A DNA stretch of 63,066 nt, counting the filler, from Globobulimina sp. (lineage: Eukaryota), in assembly GCA_003354225.1 (NCBI GenBank). It is 17 parts of 17 records of this genome, joined end to end, with 100 filler letters (N's around TTAATTAATTAA, not from the genome) between each part and the next. Parts side by side here need not be neighbours in the genome. Positions count along the whole stretch, not along the records: positions 1 to 3,620 come from PIVH01002389.1; positions 3,721 to 7,340 come from PIVH01002390.1; positions 7,441 to 11,058 come from PIVH01002391.1; 14 more parts are not named here. The stretch is one strand, 5' to 3'. Made by a program: the position numbers and the translations under genes. The notes below the pieces were generated by a model. That model saw only the letters and a program-made list of their open reading frames with translations. It ran no database searches and was not told where the DNA came from. Below are positions 1 through 11,158 of this stretch, piece after piece; within the stretch, counting starts at the first letter, position 1, and each line of letters opens with the position of its first letter.

Positions 1-3000
1 ATTTTATCTGTAAAAGTTTGACACATTTGGTGCGCGTATGCTTTTTCATCATTTTTGCTCAAACTGCCGAACATCCAAATATATTCCTTCATAGTTGAGG
101 GTAATGGATAAACGCGATACACATATTCAGACAAACTGTCATAAACCACTGTTTTTTGCTTTTTGAGTTTCCGTTTTCTGTACGGATTACACGCTGCAAT
201 TATTTTCATATTGGTTGGCAACGGCTCCCCATCAAAATATCCGTCGCAGAGTATCTCTTTAAAGCATCCAATGTCCGGCGAGGTGTTAATTTCATCAAAG
301 AATATGTATAAATTATCAGATTGCAACATTTCATGCTGTATTTCTATATCATGGCAACATCTGTCTTTGTATTCGCCCTCTTTCATCTCACCAGTTTGCT
401 GAATCACTTTTAATTGCAGCATTTCTTGGGAATCTTTGCGTTTTTTATTTGCAATTTTGATCCATTCAATCATTTTATTTTTGAGATCTTCATATCGAAA
501 TCCACCGTGAACGTCTGCCCTTTGAATGTCTTTCTTTGCCGCTTTGGCCAAATATGTCAGCAACGCAGTCTTTCCGCAGCCTGTTTCACCCATTAACTAT
601 AAACACATAATGAATATCAGTATCAATCTATAAAATATAAGGCATCAAACTTAACTATTACAGGAATATTCGCTTTTATACGGAAAAATATAGCAATCAT
701 TTTAAGCATATTATCACTGTTTATTAGTACGTACTGCATATACTATTACTGTGCAACAAGGAAAACACATACAATGTCAAAGCATAATCACAATACGGTT
801 TGATTTGCGCCAATTCAATCAATAATATGTCATCATAGGTCCCCAAAATTGTCAACAAGAGTCTGATTTTTTCTTCTTTCGACTGATTTTGATCCTGTTG
901 TTGCCAGCCCAATATATTAAACTTGTGATGAACTAATGCATTTTTTAAATGTTCGTCCATTATATTTTTGTCAACGACTAAGAATGATATGCTTCCAAAA
1001 CAGGATTGGTTCAATAATACAATGGGCTTCTTCTGATTCTGCCACTTCTGTGTTAAATGAAAATGTTCAGTCCCAGTAGATTCGTCATCGTTATCATAAT
1101 ATTTCCCATCGTCATCATATAATTTTTTCGAGAAATCCTCCGCTAAATCGATGATGGATTCAGTTGTTAAATGCTTCCAATGTTTGAATCCTCCATAATC
1201 TCTGTACCATTCATTTGAAAGAGGTGTTGAATGCACCACTTGCTATATATTTAGAATTATTTTAAAAAAGAAAACTAATACAATACAAATAGGACATATA
1301 CATAACTTGAAATTGAGTGTATAAATACCGCCAAATGGATTGTTGATGAATTGGCGAACGCAGTGAATTTGCAAATCTTTGCGCCATAACTTGTTTTATC
1401 TCGATTTCATTCACTTTTTGATGGATTGGATTTGGATCATTTGTTTTGAGTTCATCAGAAAAAAAATGCTGAAGAAATTTTGCGGCGTAATGGATGGTGC
1501 TATCATTGTATCGGAATGGATTGCTTCGAGAATCGATATGTTTTCGAGCAAATTGAATCGGTGAATGCAGCAAATAAAATTCGTCCTTAATTTGATGGTC
1601 TTTGGTGTGCAGCGATGCCAATTTTGTTGGTAATTCAATCAAAAATGCCATATTTGAGGATACTGAAAAACATTCATGTTTTGTGGTTGAAACATAATTT
1701 AAAAACAATAAATTAAACAACAAAATATTAATCGATTCCGATGCTGCTGGCGAAATATCGATATGATAGATAATTTTATTGCGTTCAATGCCATCATAAC
1801 ATTGATATAATCGATTAATAATAAAATCTAAATTAATATTTGAACTATTTACGGGTATTCTAATTATATTATCACTTTTATTCGCCTGTTTATTTATAGC
1901 TGCCGCTTTTTCATAAATTTTAAAGGATTTCCCTATGCCAACCTGCTGGCTGTCATAAAGTTGAACAAATAATTTATTTTGTTTTAAAATATCACCATCT
2001 TTTCCATTAAATAAATTATTACATATCTTTTTGGAATGTTTGTCGGTGAACATTGAAGAAATATCATTTATTTTAAATTGACTCAATACATCACAGATTC
2101 GATTACAATTTTCCTTACAAGATATAACCACAAATGAATAACGCTTTGTTTGTTGATTTTTGCTCAATAAATATTTATCAAAAATCTCTATCGTTTTATC
2201 TACGACAGAGAAATTTAAATATTCTGGAAATAATAAACAAAACAATGGAATCGAAGATGGATCCATAGATTCAAACCGTTGGCTGGTTTGCAAACAGCGA
2301 AGTATAAAAATATGAATATGCTCAAATGTGGTACGTTCATTGCAAATTAATATTTGATTTGATGGTATTGACAATGTATGCATATTATAATACAATTTTA
2401 ATGTTGAAAACATGGCATTTTTCTCCGATTTAGCAATAATTAAATTTGGTTGGCCATTTGAAATCGCATTAAAATTCTTAGATTTATATGATTTATATTT
2501 ATCTTTGCATATTTTGGGTTTTTCCTTCATTTCTTTGGGTTTTTCTTTCATTTCTCTGTGATTATTCAAATGAGAAACAATGTTCATCCTCTTTTCATCG
2601 CTGAAATATTGATGGAAATATTCTAAGGCATCGGTTGAATTTGCATCGACGTGTACCCAGTCCTCCAAATGTGCTCTGAATTCAACCTCTGTAATTCCAG
2701 CATTTATGAAACGAAAATGAGACAATAATTGTTCAAATAAACATGATGGAGAAATAGCAGGTTTCTGTGGTGTTACATAAAATGGATTGGGTGTATTGCA
2801 CATGTTACATCCAACACAATCCAAAGCATTGGCAAATGTACATACATGGCATGCCCACATTTCATTTTCATCCGCATTACTTTTATGTTCTTTGATATGC
2901 TCAAAAGTATTTGTATCGACATTGTATTTATTTAATTGGCCAATGATAATGCGAATTTTGTTGATGGTAAAATAATTAAATAAATGCGAATTTGTCCGTA

Positions 3001-3529
3001 ATTCAAAAATATAATCACTCCAAACCGCCACACAATTTTTCCATTCATTCCAAAGATCATTGAAATCGTCCAAACTTGCACTGGCTGTTAACTTTGCATT
3101 TGCTAATTTTTTACCCATTCGGCCACCATTCATAATATATTCGACTCGCAATAAGCTGATTTCTTTACAAATCTCGAGCTTTCTGATGTATTCAGATACG
3201 TCTTGTTTGTCTTCGGTGTCGTCGTCATCCAAAACCATTTTTTTTTCATCCTGCTCAACATGGTCATGATCAATATTCGTTTTCCGACATAACAGAATAA
3301 TATCGATCTTGTCCTGCATCTGATTGCAACTCATTTTTTGACGTTCTTTGTTGGATTCAAAATATAACGTAAAACATTTGGAAGCAATGATGTCTGTCTC
3401 GGACTGGTTGGAATCATGTACGCTTTGTTCAATATTTTTTTGTTTGGCAAATGCAAAATATCCATTACTCATTGCTTGATCTAACTTTTCCATATCCCTT
3501 TGCTGCGCCATTTTGCCTGCATCGCACAC
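1..3529 (-). CDS. RNF213/mysterin-like giant AAA+ ATPase, internal multi-exon fragment, with a RanBP2/NZF-type zinc finger
   Basis: Spliced reading (exons ~3529-1305, ~1245-775, ~718-655, ~598-1) gives RNF213-type motifs: SQQVGIGKS, YHIDIS, DNMLKMIAIFFRIKANIPVI-LMGETGCGKT (Walker A) and IFFDEINTSPDIGCFKEILCDG...IIAACNPYR (Walker B/sensor). Zinc finger WACHVCTFANALDCVGCNMC lies at ~2795-2855. Confidence 0.85.
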
Positions 3530-3620
3530 CTAAATTATAATACATATAAAACTTTTAAATAATGTGTAAAAACTGTATAATCACTTAACAATTTGTTTGA
3601 TTTTTATCTCATTTTCGTGA

Positions 3621-3720
3621 NNNNNNNNNNNNNNNNNNNNNNNNNNNNNNNNNNNNNNNNNNNNTTAATTAATTAANNNNNNNNNNNNNNNNNNNNNNNN
3701 NNNNNNNNNNNNNNNNNNNN
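3621..3720. other. Artificial contig linker (N44-TTAATTAATTAA-N44), first of 16
   Basis: Identical 100-nt linkers with stops in all frames start at 3621, 7341, 11059, 14777, 18495, 22213, 25929, 29645, 33360, 37075, 40789, 44503, 48217, 51930, 55643 and 59355. Contig lengths decrease monotonically. Confidence 0.98.
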
Positions 3721-5115
3721 CATCCGGAGAGTCATTTCATTAAAGAACTGACGTATCGGTCGGCTGCGGATGGCGGCGGCGGCGGCGGCGGCAATAATTT
3801 AAATTATGTGTATCAGCAATTGAAGGAGTTACAGAAACAGTTTAAGGCCAAGAAAAAGAACAAGATGTTGAATAATACCATGACTAAACAGGACCGATTG
3901 CAACGCGGTGCGTCGAATAAGGTGTTGATATTAAAAGAGTTGAGTTTGAAGCCATCGCTGGGCGGTCGCAAGAGAGGCGGTGGCCGCTTGGAGTGCCATT
4001 TGAATGGCTTTCGATATGTGGACCATAAGAAGAACCAATTGGACATTTTGTTTAATAACATCAAGAATGCGTTCTTTCAGAAATCAAAGAATACGCCGGC
4101 AGTGATTATCCATTTCCACTTAAAAAATAAGATAATGATCGCCAAGAAGGCGTCGGCCAACGTGCAAGTGTTCAGAGACGTCATTGAGAGGTTTGAGGAG
4201 TTGGGCCGACGGCGAAGCAATTATAACTATGATGGGATGCGGGCGGAACAGGAGGAACAAAAACGTATAAAGAGAACCAATAATCAATTTAAACAGTTTT
4301 GCGATGCCGCCGCCATTTTAGCCAAAGAGAATGGATTTAATTTAGAGTTTGATAAACCAGCCATGGATTTGGTATTTAATGGTGTGCCGCATAAGCAATC
4401 TACGAATATGTATCCCACTGAAAGTTGTTTAGTTGCATTGGAAGATTCCCCCGCTTTCGTCATTGATACCAATGATATCGAAATCGCACATTTTGAGCGC
4501 GTGTCCTATTCATTGCGTAATTTTGATTTGGTTTTTGTTTATAAAGACTTTACCAAAGAACCACATCGAGTTACGACTATACCCAGGCGGAATTTGGATA
4601 CATTGCAGGATTTCTTGAATTGGAAAAATGTGTTATATGCCCAAGGCAAAATTAATTTGGATTGGAAGTCGTTAATGACGAAAATTAAAAGCAATTTGGA
4701 TGGATTTGTGCAGAGTGGCGGATGGGATTTCTTGTTGGAAGAGTCTGAGACCGCCGCTCCAGGCAATGATAATCGGGAACCGTCTGCGGATGAATATGTA
4801 CCGAGTGAGGACGATGCGTATTCCTCTGATTATTCTGACGATGATGAGGACGGCGATGATGACTATGACGATGACTATGAAACGGATTATTCTGATGATG
4901 GGAATAGAAACCATAATTATAATGATGAGGAGGAGGACGATGATGATGAAGATGGAGTGGATTGGGAGGAATTGGAGAGAAAAGCTGCCGAAGATGATAG
5001 GAAGGCGAATAGAAAGGATGTGGATGATACCAGAAGGTCGAGAATGCAGCAGAGAAATAGTTCCTATAGGTCCAATAACCAACGATCTGGAACGAATAAA
5101 AGAAGGAGATATTGA
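3721..5115 (+). CDS. SPT16: FACT complex subunit SPT16, C-terminal part (5' truncated)
   Basis: Motifs FIKELTYRS, GRLECHLNGFRY, DILFNNIKNAFFQ, IHFHLKNKIMI, IEIAHFERV...NFDLVFVYKDF and GGWDFL, followed by an acidic tail with DWEELERKAAEDD. Confidence 0.96.
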   Translation, partial: HPESHFIKELTYRSAADGGGGGGGNNLNYVYQQLKELQKQFKAKKKNKMLNNTMTKQDRLQRGASNKVLILKELSLKPSLGGRKRGGGRLECHLNGFRYVDHKKNQLDILFNNIKNAFFQKSKNTPAVIIHFHLKNKIMIAKKASANVQVFRDVIERFEELGRRRSNYNYDGMRAEQEEQKRIKRTNNQFKQFCDAAAILAKENGFNLEFDKPAMDLVFNGVPHKQSTNMYPTESCLVALEDSPAFVIDTNDIEIAHFERVSYSLRNFDLVFVYKDFTKEPHRVTTIPRRNLDTLQDFLNWKNVLYAQGKINLDWKSLMTKIKSNLDGFVQSGGWDFLLEESETAAPGNDNREPSADEYVPSEDDAYSSDYSDDDEDGDDDYDDDYETDYSDDGNRNHNYNDEEEDDDDEDGVDWEELERKAAEDDRKANRKDVDDTRRSRMQQRNSSYRSNNQRSGTNKRRRY

Positions 5116-5245
5116 GACATGTATAATTGTGACTATTTTTTTTTTATATTTTCAATTTCTGAAAGTGTAGCACAGAATTTATTTATTTAAAACTTTAATT
5201 GAACTTTGTACCTATTGCGAACAAAGTTCATTTTATTTATTGGAG

Positions 5246-7114
5246 TTAGTTTGCTTTTGTGAGTGATGTAAATTGAAATAGATATTCTCTCGCTTCCGCA
5301 TGTAATGGATCTTTTTTATCTGTTAATGCTAACACTTTATTGACACATTGTAAGGCGTTTGGATTGTCATACAATCTGTTATGATATATATTTGCTTTAA
5401 TCAAATAATAATAAAGATTATCCGGTTCTAATTGCATCGTAATATCCAAATATTTCAAGGCCAATATATAGCTCTCTGCAAATTGAAACAAATATTGTGA
5501 ATATAAAAAGTTTAATTGTGCACTCTTTGGGTACTTATTCAAGCCCATTAAACAATATCTTTTCATATTGGTTTTTTCCTTTTTAATATTTAAATAACAT
5601 GACGCCACTGATATAAATAAATATTCCTCCAATCTATAATCTTGACATACCGCAATCTCATCCAATCCACACAAATAGCAATGTACTGCAGCTCTATAAT
5701 CCACTGCACTTTTATTCAAATAAAAATCGCCAAATTCTTTATAAACATCAACTCGTGTATTGATTATATTATTTACATTATAAATCTCATTTTTCACATA
5801 AAATAATTGCGGATTTATTTGTCCATCATCTTGTTTCATGGAATCAATTGTTTTTTGCATTGCAACATCATAATCATCCATGCTCTGTAAACGTAGCAAT
5901 GTCAACGCATAATTAAATTGTAATAAATTTGTGTCTGCATTTATTTCAATTCCTTTTTCCAAATATTCCAATGCTTGATCATATTCTGCCATTTCAGTGG
6001 ATAATGTGGCCAAATATACATAACAATTTATTTCTGTTGGCTCACTGTCTAAAACATAGTTGAATAAATCCACGATTTCATTAATATTTTCCATTCGATA
6101 GCCACTAAAATATAATGCAAGCGCTTTATAATAATATGACACATAATGTTTAGGATCAATTTCTTTTGCTTTATGCAAATATTTCAATGCATCATTTGCT
6201 CTTTCTTTGGATATTAAATATTTTGCATAAAATATATTTGAATAAAAATCGTTTTCATTTTGTTCTATATCATCTAAATAAAAATTTTCCTGAATTTCTG
6301 CGTCATTTTTATACTTATTGCTGTTATGTAAATGTTCATAGACTATTCTTAAATTATCATAAATATTTGTATCTGCTGATTGTTTTGTAAATTTTATTGC
6401 GTTTTCAAAATCTTTTAATTGTATATAACAGGAATTTATTAACAGATTTATTTCATTTTTGGTAGGATGATGCGGGTTGTTTTCATCATGATAATTCGAC
6501 GCAAAATGCAAAAACTCAATGCATGATTCATAATTCCTTAACATATTTAATGTTTGGGCGTAATTAAAAAATGCGTTACAATTATCATCACCAATCTCAT
6601 TGACGGCAATATTTATGTATTTTTCTGCTAATTGCAGTTTATGTGTCATTCCATAAATTTGAGCTAATAAAATATATGGACTCGCTAATGGGGGCGATAC
6701 ATTTTTACATTTTATTGCAGTGTGTGCGTATTTGAGTGATAATTCATAATTTTGTTGGCAATGCATTAGAAAATGTGCGTAATAAAAATTCAAGTCTCCA
6801 TTCATCCTATCTTTGGACAACGCAGTTAAATACAATGCATTGGCTTGTTCAGTCTCATTGTTTAAATGATACTGCATCGCTAAATTGGATATATCATAAG
6901 ATGTATGACATGTGTCAGGTATATTAAAATCTTGTATTGTTGTTTGCATTTCCAAAATTCCATTCAATTTTAGTGTTTGTTGCAGTCGTTCCCAGTACGA
7001 TGACCATTTGAATGATGGTGATCCACGAAATTGTCTATTATTTCTGACTAGAAAATATGATGACGATAACATGTGTTTCGTTATGACCGCTCTGCTCAGT
7101 TTGGTTAACATCAT
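5246..7114 (-). CDS. TPR-repeat protein with possible mitochondrial presequence
   Basis: 622-aa ORF with repeated TPR-like helix pairs (ALKYLHKAKEIDPK, ALEYLEKGIEINAD, LKYLDITMQLEPDN) and an Arg/Ser-rich N-terminus lacking acidic residues. Confidence 0.75.
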   Translation of the reverse strand: MMLTKLSRAVITKHMLSSSYFLVRNNRQFRGSPSFKWSSYWERLQQTLKLNGILEMQTTIQDFNIPDTCHTSYDISNLAMQYHLNNETEQANALYLTALSKDRMNGDLNFYYAHFLMHCQQNYELSLKYAHTAIKCKNVSPPLASPYILLAQIYGMTHKLQLAEKYINIAVNEIGDDNCNAFFNYAQTLNMLRNYESCIEFLHFASNYHDENNPHHPTKNEINLLINSCYIQLKDFENAIKFTKQSADTNIYDNLRIVYEHLHNSNKYKNDAEIQENFYLDDIEQNENDFYSNIFYAKYLISKERANDALKYLHKAKEIDPKHYVSYYYKALALYFSGYRMENINEIVDLFNYVLDSEPTEINCYVYLATLSTEMAEYDQALEYLEKGIEINADTNLLQFNYALTLLRLQSMDDYDVAMQKTIDSMKQDDGQINPQLFYVKNEIYNVNNIINTRVDVYKEFGDFYLNKSAVDYRAAVHCYLCGLDEIAVCQDYRLEEYLFISVASCYLNIKKEKTNMKRYCLMGLNKYPKSAQLNFLYSQYLFQFAESYILALKYLDITMQLEPDNLYYYLIKANIYHNRLYDNPNALQCVNKVLALTDKKDPLHAEAREYLFQFTSLTKAN

Positions 7115-8114
7115 GCACTATCTAACTAAAAGTGAAAGAAAGTTTTTTTTTAGTTTATATTTTTGAGCCTAGGTTTCCTAAATAGTTGCTAAATAGTTGC
7201 CGCTCAACATAAATCTGCTGAATGGAAGTCGACGAACCAGAGTTTGAAGAATGGTTAAAAAGTCAAAATGCAAAACCAGGATTAATTAAGAAACTCATTG
7301 AAGCAGGAATTGATTCTATGTTTGTTGTTTTTTATTTATTNNNNNNNNNNNNNNNNNNNNNNNNNNNNNNNNNNNNNNNNNNNNTTAATTAATTAANNNN
7401 NNNNNNNNNNNNNNNNNNNNNNNNNNNNNNNNNNNNNNNNTTTTGTAGGCCGGAATAAATTACTTATATGAGTTATATCACACCCAAATTCTTGGTACAT
7501 TTGTATGAATGAAATTCGATCAATGATAAACATTGCATTCCAATAAACCAACATTAATATTAAACAAAACATGAATTGAGAATCATTTCTTATTGACATC
7601 AACAATGTAAATGTTTGACAAAACTCATATTTTGCTTCATGTGTCTGGTCCACTTCTTTTGTAGATAATTGTTTATATCCCAAAATATACCAAACAAAAG
7701 AGCAAACCCCATGACAATCCATATATATAAATACACATTCGATGCCATAAACATCAATTAATTTGCCTGCCTGCACGAGCTTAAACCCCATGATAATATT
7801 CGATCGATCATCGATGGGCATGATACGTTTATTACGTTAATATGGCCAGAATACATTTTTTTCATTTTTGCTGTAGCAAACTAAATGATGTCGATAAGTT
7901 GAAAATTTAATTCGGTGAAAAACTAATCCACACACAAAAAGTCAAAAACTGTCCATTGACTAATTTGACATATTGTTCAATGTCATGGATACTGCAGCAT
8001 AAAATCAAAGGAAAGAATTAAAATTACAATCCACCAAACAACAACACGCAATTTCGCAACAAAAAAAGCACACAAAAAAAACAAAATTAAAAATAAATTG
8101 GATTTATCAGTTTT

Positions 8115-9769
8115 TTATCTTCTTTTTCTTTTTCTTTTATGACTCGTACAAAGTACATTCACCATTTGATATAAACCAACTCTCAAAGTGTCAAATATCA
8201 TAAATGGCGATAATATAAATCTTAACATATGCCGTTTTTTAAAATGTATTTTCCTCGGCGACTCAAATGTTTTCGACCATATTCTCAAATCTTGAATAAT
8301 AACATAAGATTCATCCGAATCAAATATATTTATCATATCATCAATCTCGAATATAAATGACAATGCAAATGAGTTCAATACCAATTCAGAATATTCTTGT
8401 GTTTGAAGTAAAAAAAGTAAAGCTATGCCCGAGATAACTATCGCAATCACTATGTTTGACATAAAATCAGCAAATCTGAAAAACCACGGAATATCATACA
8501 CCAAATCAATATTTTTATAAAAGCGCACAAATAACTTTGCCGTGGCATTGGATGTAAATGATATATAACAAAATACCAACACACTACAAATAACGATAAA
8601 AATATCTGGATCGCCATTAATTATTTTTTCCTCAAAATTTCTGTACACATCGATTGAGATTGCGATGGTTAATGCGATCTGAATGATTAACGCCAACATC
8701 GCCATTGGTACTTTTTCAGCTTTCTCATCAAAATAATATGACCGATATATATTAAATTCACTGTCTGCACCTTTTAACAAAACATTTTTCAAAAACACAT
8801 AGCGCCACATAGTTAATACTTGATTTGTGATATTTTGACCGCCATAATTTTGAGCTTTTAATGTGTCATAATATAATACATCTAACTCCTTATCATAATA
8901 TGCGTGATACCCATCTCCATTCTCATCAACCTCGTAATACCGATGCAATGTCCTATATTCACTTAAAAACATCTCATAATCATCGCGTATCAACTGAGCA
9001 GCACAGAGGTTTGTAATTAGCTAATCAAGAAACTGCAAATTAAGTGCAAACTGCAAACCTGATATGGAGGAAAAACGAGATCACCAAAATCCATTTCCGA
9101 GATCAACAAACCGTTTCGTTTGTTTTCTTTAAGCATTATAAATAATTCTTTATTGGAATCGATCCATTTGAGACTGAATTTATTTAATTTTTTATTTTCA
9201 TCAACCTGCGACATACATTTATCTCTTTTCCTTTCCATGGCAAGCTTTAATTTGTCAAATGTCGTGGCTTTGTAAGCTAAGCGAACATGTATTGTACCCT
9301 TAATTTTATCCAAATGGCACAATTTATTAAATTGAGCCGAATCTGCGGATAACATGTCTTCGGATTGTAAGTCCAAAGTATATGAACCAATTTCCTCGTC
9401 ATCTCCCCAAAAATCATAATCCCAAACGGTAAATTTAATCTTCTTAGGAATTTCAGCCCGGCGCTTATACACATAACGTTTGCTGAAATTCCATTTTGGC
9501 CAACCTTGGGTTCGATGGATTTTACCTGTTTGTATTTTACTGGATTCGTTCCCATCAAACATAATCTCGCAATAAGCATCACAATTTGCTGAGAGTGCGG
9601 CACGACAAAATTCAGCAATGTCTGCGCATTTTACTGTCAGTATTAGGATATGTAAATGGTTCTCATCGGCAATATAGTTTTTTTTGACTTCTTCTTCAGT
9701 CTGGTCGCCGCCATTTTGCTTGTTCATTTCCAAGTGCGTGGTTACCTGTACATAATCTTCCTCTGCCAT
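8115..9769 (-). CDS. C2-domain multi-pass membrane protein (2 exons, intron 8994-9058)
   Basis: C2 domain (DAYCEI...PKWN...FTVWDYDFWGDDEEIG) is joined in frame by a 65-nt GT-AG intron to a region with ~4 TM helices and the motif ELVLNSFALSFIFEIDD. Confidence 0.8.
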
Positions 9770-9869
9770 GAGTTGTGCTGAAGATGAAAAGCTAGAATGT
9801 TTTTTACCCCAAAATCATCGTTTACTGCTAATTATTAATAACAACTGTGACATATAAAAGTCAGTTAAG

Positions 9870-10865
9870 TCACCAAACTTTACGTATTGTTTTTTTACAT
9901 TTAATTTGCGATTTAAGTTTTTCATATCTTTTCTTTTTGATTACAGCATAATTTTTCAAAACCTCTTGTTTTCTCATTTGCTGAGCACGATTCTTTACAA
10001 GATTTGCAAAACTAAGCGCACCAATATTCACATTATGCTTATTCCGATCATTTGGATCGTTCACCAGTTTCTTAAACAAAGTGCCTCCCAATTTATGCAA
10101 GTCCACCGGGGGCCGATCATTCGTTGACCCAAATGGAATATATTCCTTTTTTGGCCGAATTTTGCGTTTCCAATCCCTTTCTTCTTTGCGCCTTTGTCTC
10201 TGCTCCAATTTTCGAAGCCGTTTTGCTTGAGCTTCTCTCTCAATTCTCCTTAATTTTTTTTCCAAATTTTTCTCTCTTCGCCTCAATATCCGCTCATTTT
10301 CTTTATATTTCCTTTTATTCAAATGACAGGAAGTGGTGTAATTTACTCTTCGTACAAAGTGACTAAATGTTTCATTTTGCATTCTTGACAATTTATGCAT
10401 GGATGGAATCCGCTGTTTATTTCCAACGACGGCCGCAATTCCTTTTTGCTGCGGCATCAAATTATTTGCTTTCGTATCAGTTGCTTGCTTTGATAGCCAT
10501 GGATTTTGTTGCATTGCTAACTTTGCTGCTTTTCCCTTTTCATACTCTTCGTTTTGTTTCCTCTTCTTTGCATTTCTTCTTTTGATGAGTTTCTTGGGCC
10601 CACGTATCATATCTTGTATTTCTTGAATTTGCCTCTTTTCAATCTCGAATTCTCTCTCTAAGTCAATGGGGACATTGCGATATCCTTTCTTTATTCTTCC
10701 AGTGCGACTAAAACATTTACCATCGAGTCCTGATAAATATGTTTTGCCCATCACTAATTTACCGCTATGTGGCCCATTTGGCCGATTGTACAATGCTTTA
10801 CGCACTTTATCCTGGCAAAATGGATCACATGCTTTCCAACCTCTTTTTCGTTTGGATTGAGGCAT
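9870..10865 (-). CDS. Basic coiled-coil nucleolar-type protein, possibly CCDC137-like
   Basis: K/R-rich ORF probably starting at MPQSKRKR. ETFSHFVRRV and IPFGSTNDRPP resemble the CCDC137 family. Confidence 0.55.
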   Translation of the reverse strand: MPQSKRKRGWKACDPFCQDKVRKALYNRPNGPHSGKLVMGKTYLSGLDGKCFSRTGRIKKGYRNVPIDLEREFEIEKRQIQEIQDMIRGPKKLIKRRNAKKRKQNEEYEKGKAAKLAMQQNPWLSKQATDTKANNLMPQQKGIAAVVGNKQRIPSMHKLSRMQNETFSHFVRRVNYTTSCHLNKRKYKENERILRRREKNLEKKLRRIEREAQAKRLRKLEQRQRRKEERDWKRKIRPKKEYIPFGSTNDRPPVDLHKLGGTLFKKLVNDPNDRNKHNVNIGALSFANLVKNRAQQMRKQEVLKNYAVIKKKRYEKLKSQIKCKKTIRKVW

Positions 10866-11158
10866 GATTATTGAGACAAAGTCAAGTGTTTTTTTAATAA
10901 AACATCTTGAAGTAACCTTAAAAAAATAATTCGTTTTCTTTCGTTGGAAACGCGTACAATAATAACAATATCCTACCACATTTACTATTGTTGTCTTAGG
11001 ATGAAATCAGTGAATCTATTACTGGCATTAATTTATAAAGTCGAAACAAACAAACAAANNNNNNNNNNNNNNNNNNNNNNNNNNNNNNNNNNNNNNNNNN
11101 NNTTAATTAATTAANNNNNNNNNNNNNNNNNNNNNNNNNNNNNNNNNNNNNNNNNNNN

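Noticed and set aside
4672-5170. Alternative-frame and antisense ORFs over SPT16, and similar shadow ORFs at 20380-20808, 31643-32749, 32921-33337 and 42855-43205
   Set aside because: They are by-products of low-complexity or codon-biased real genes and have no independent motifs.
7441-7821. 142-aa minus-strand ORF
   Set aside because: It is truncated by the linker, probably includes intron sequence and has no recognisable motif.
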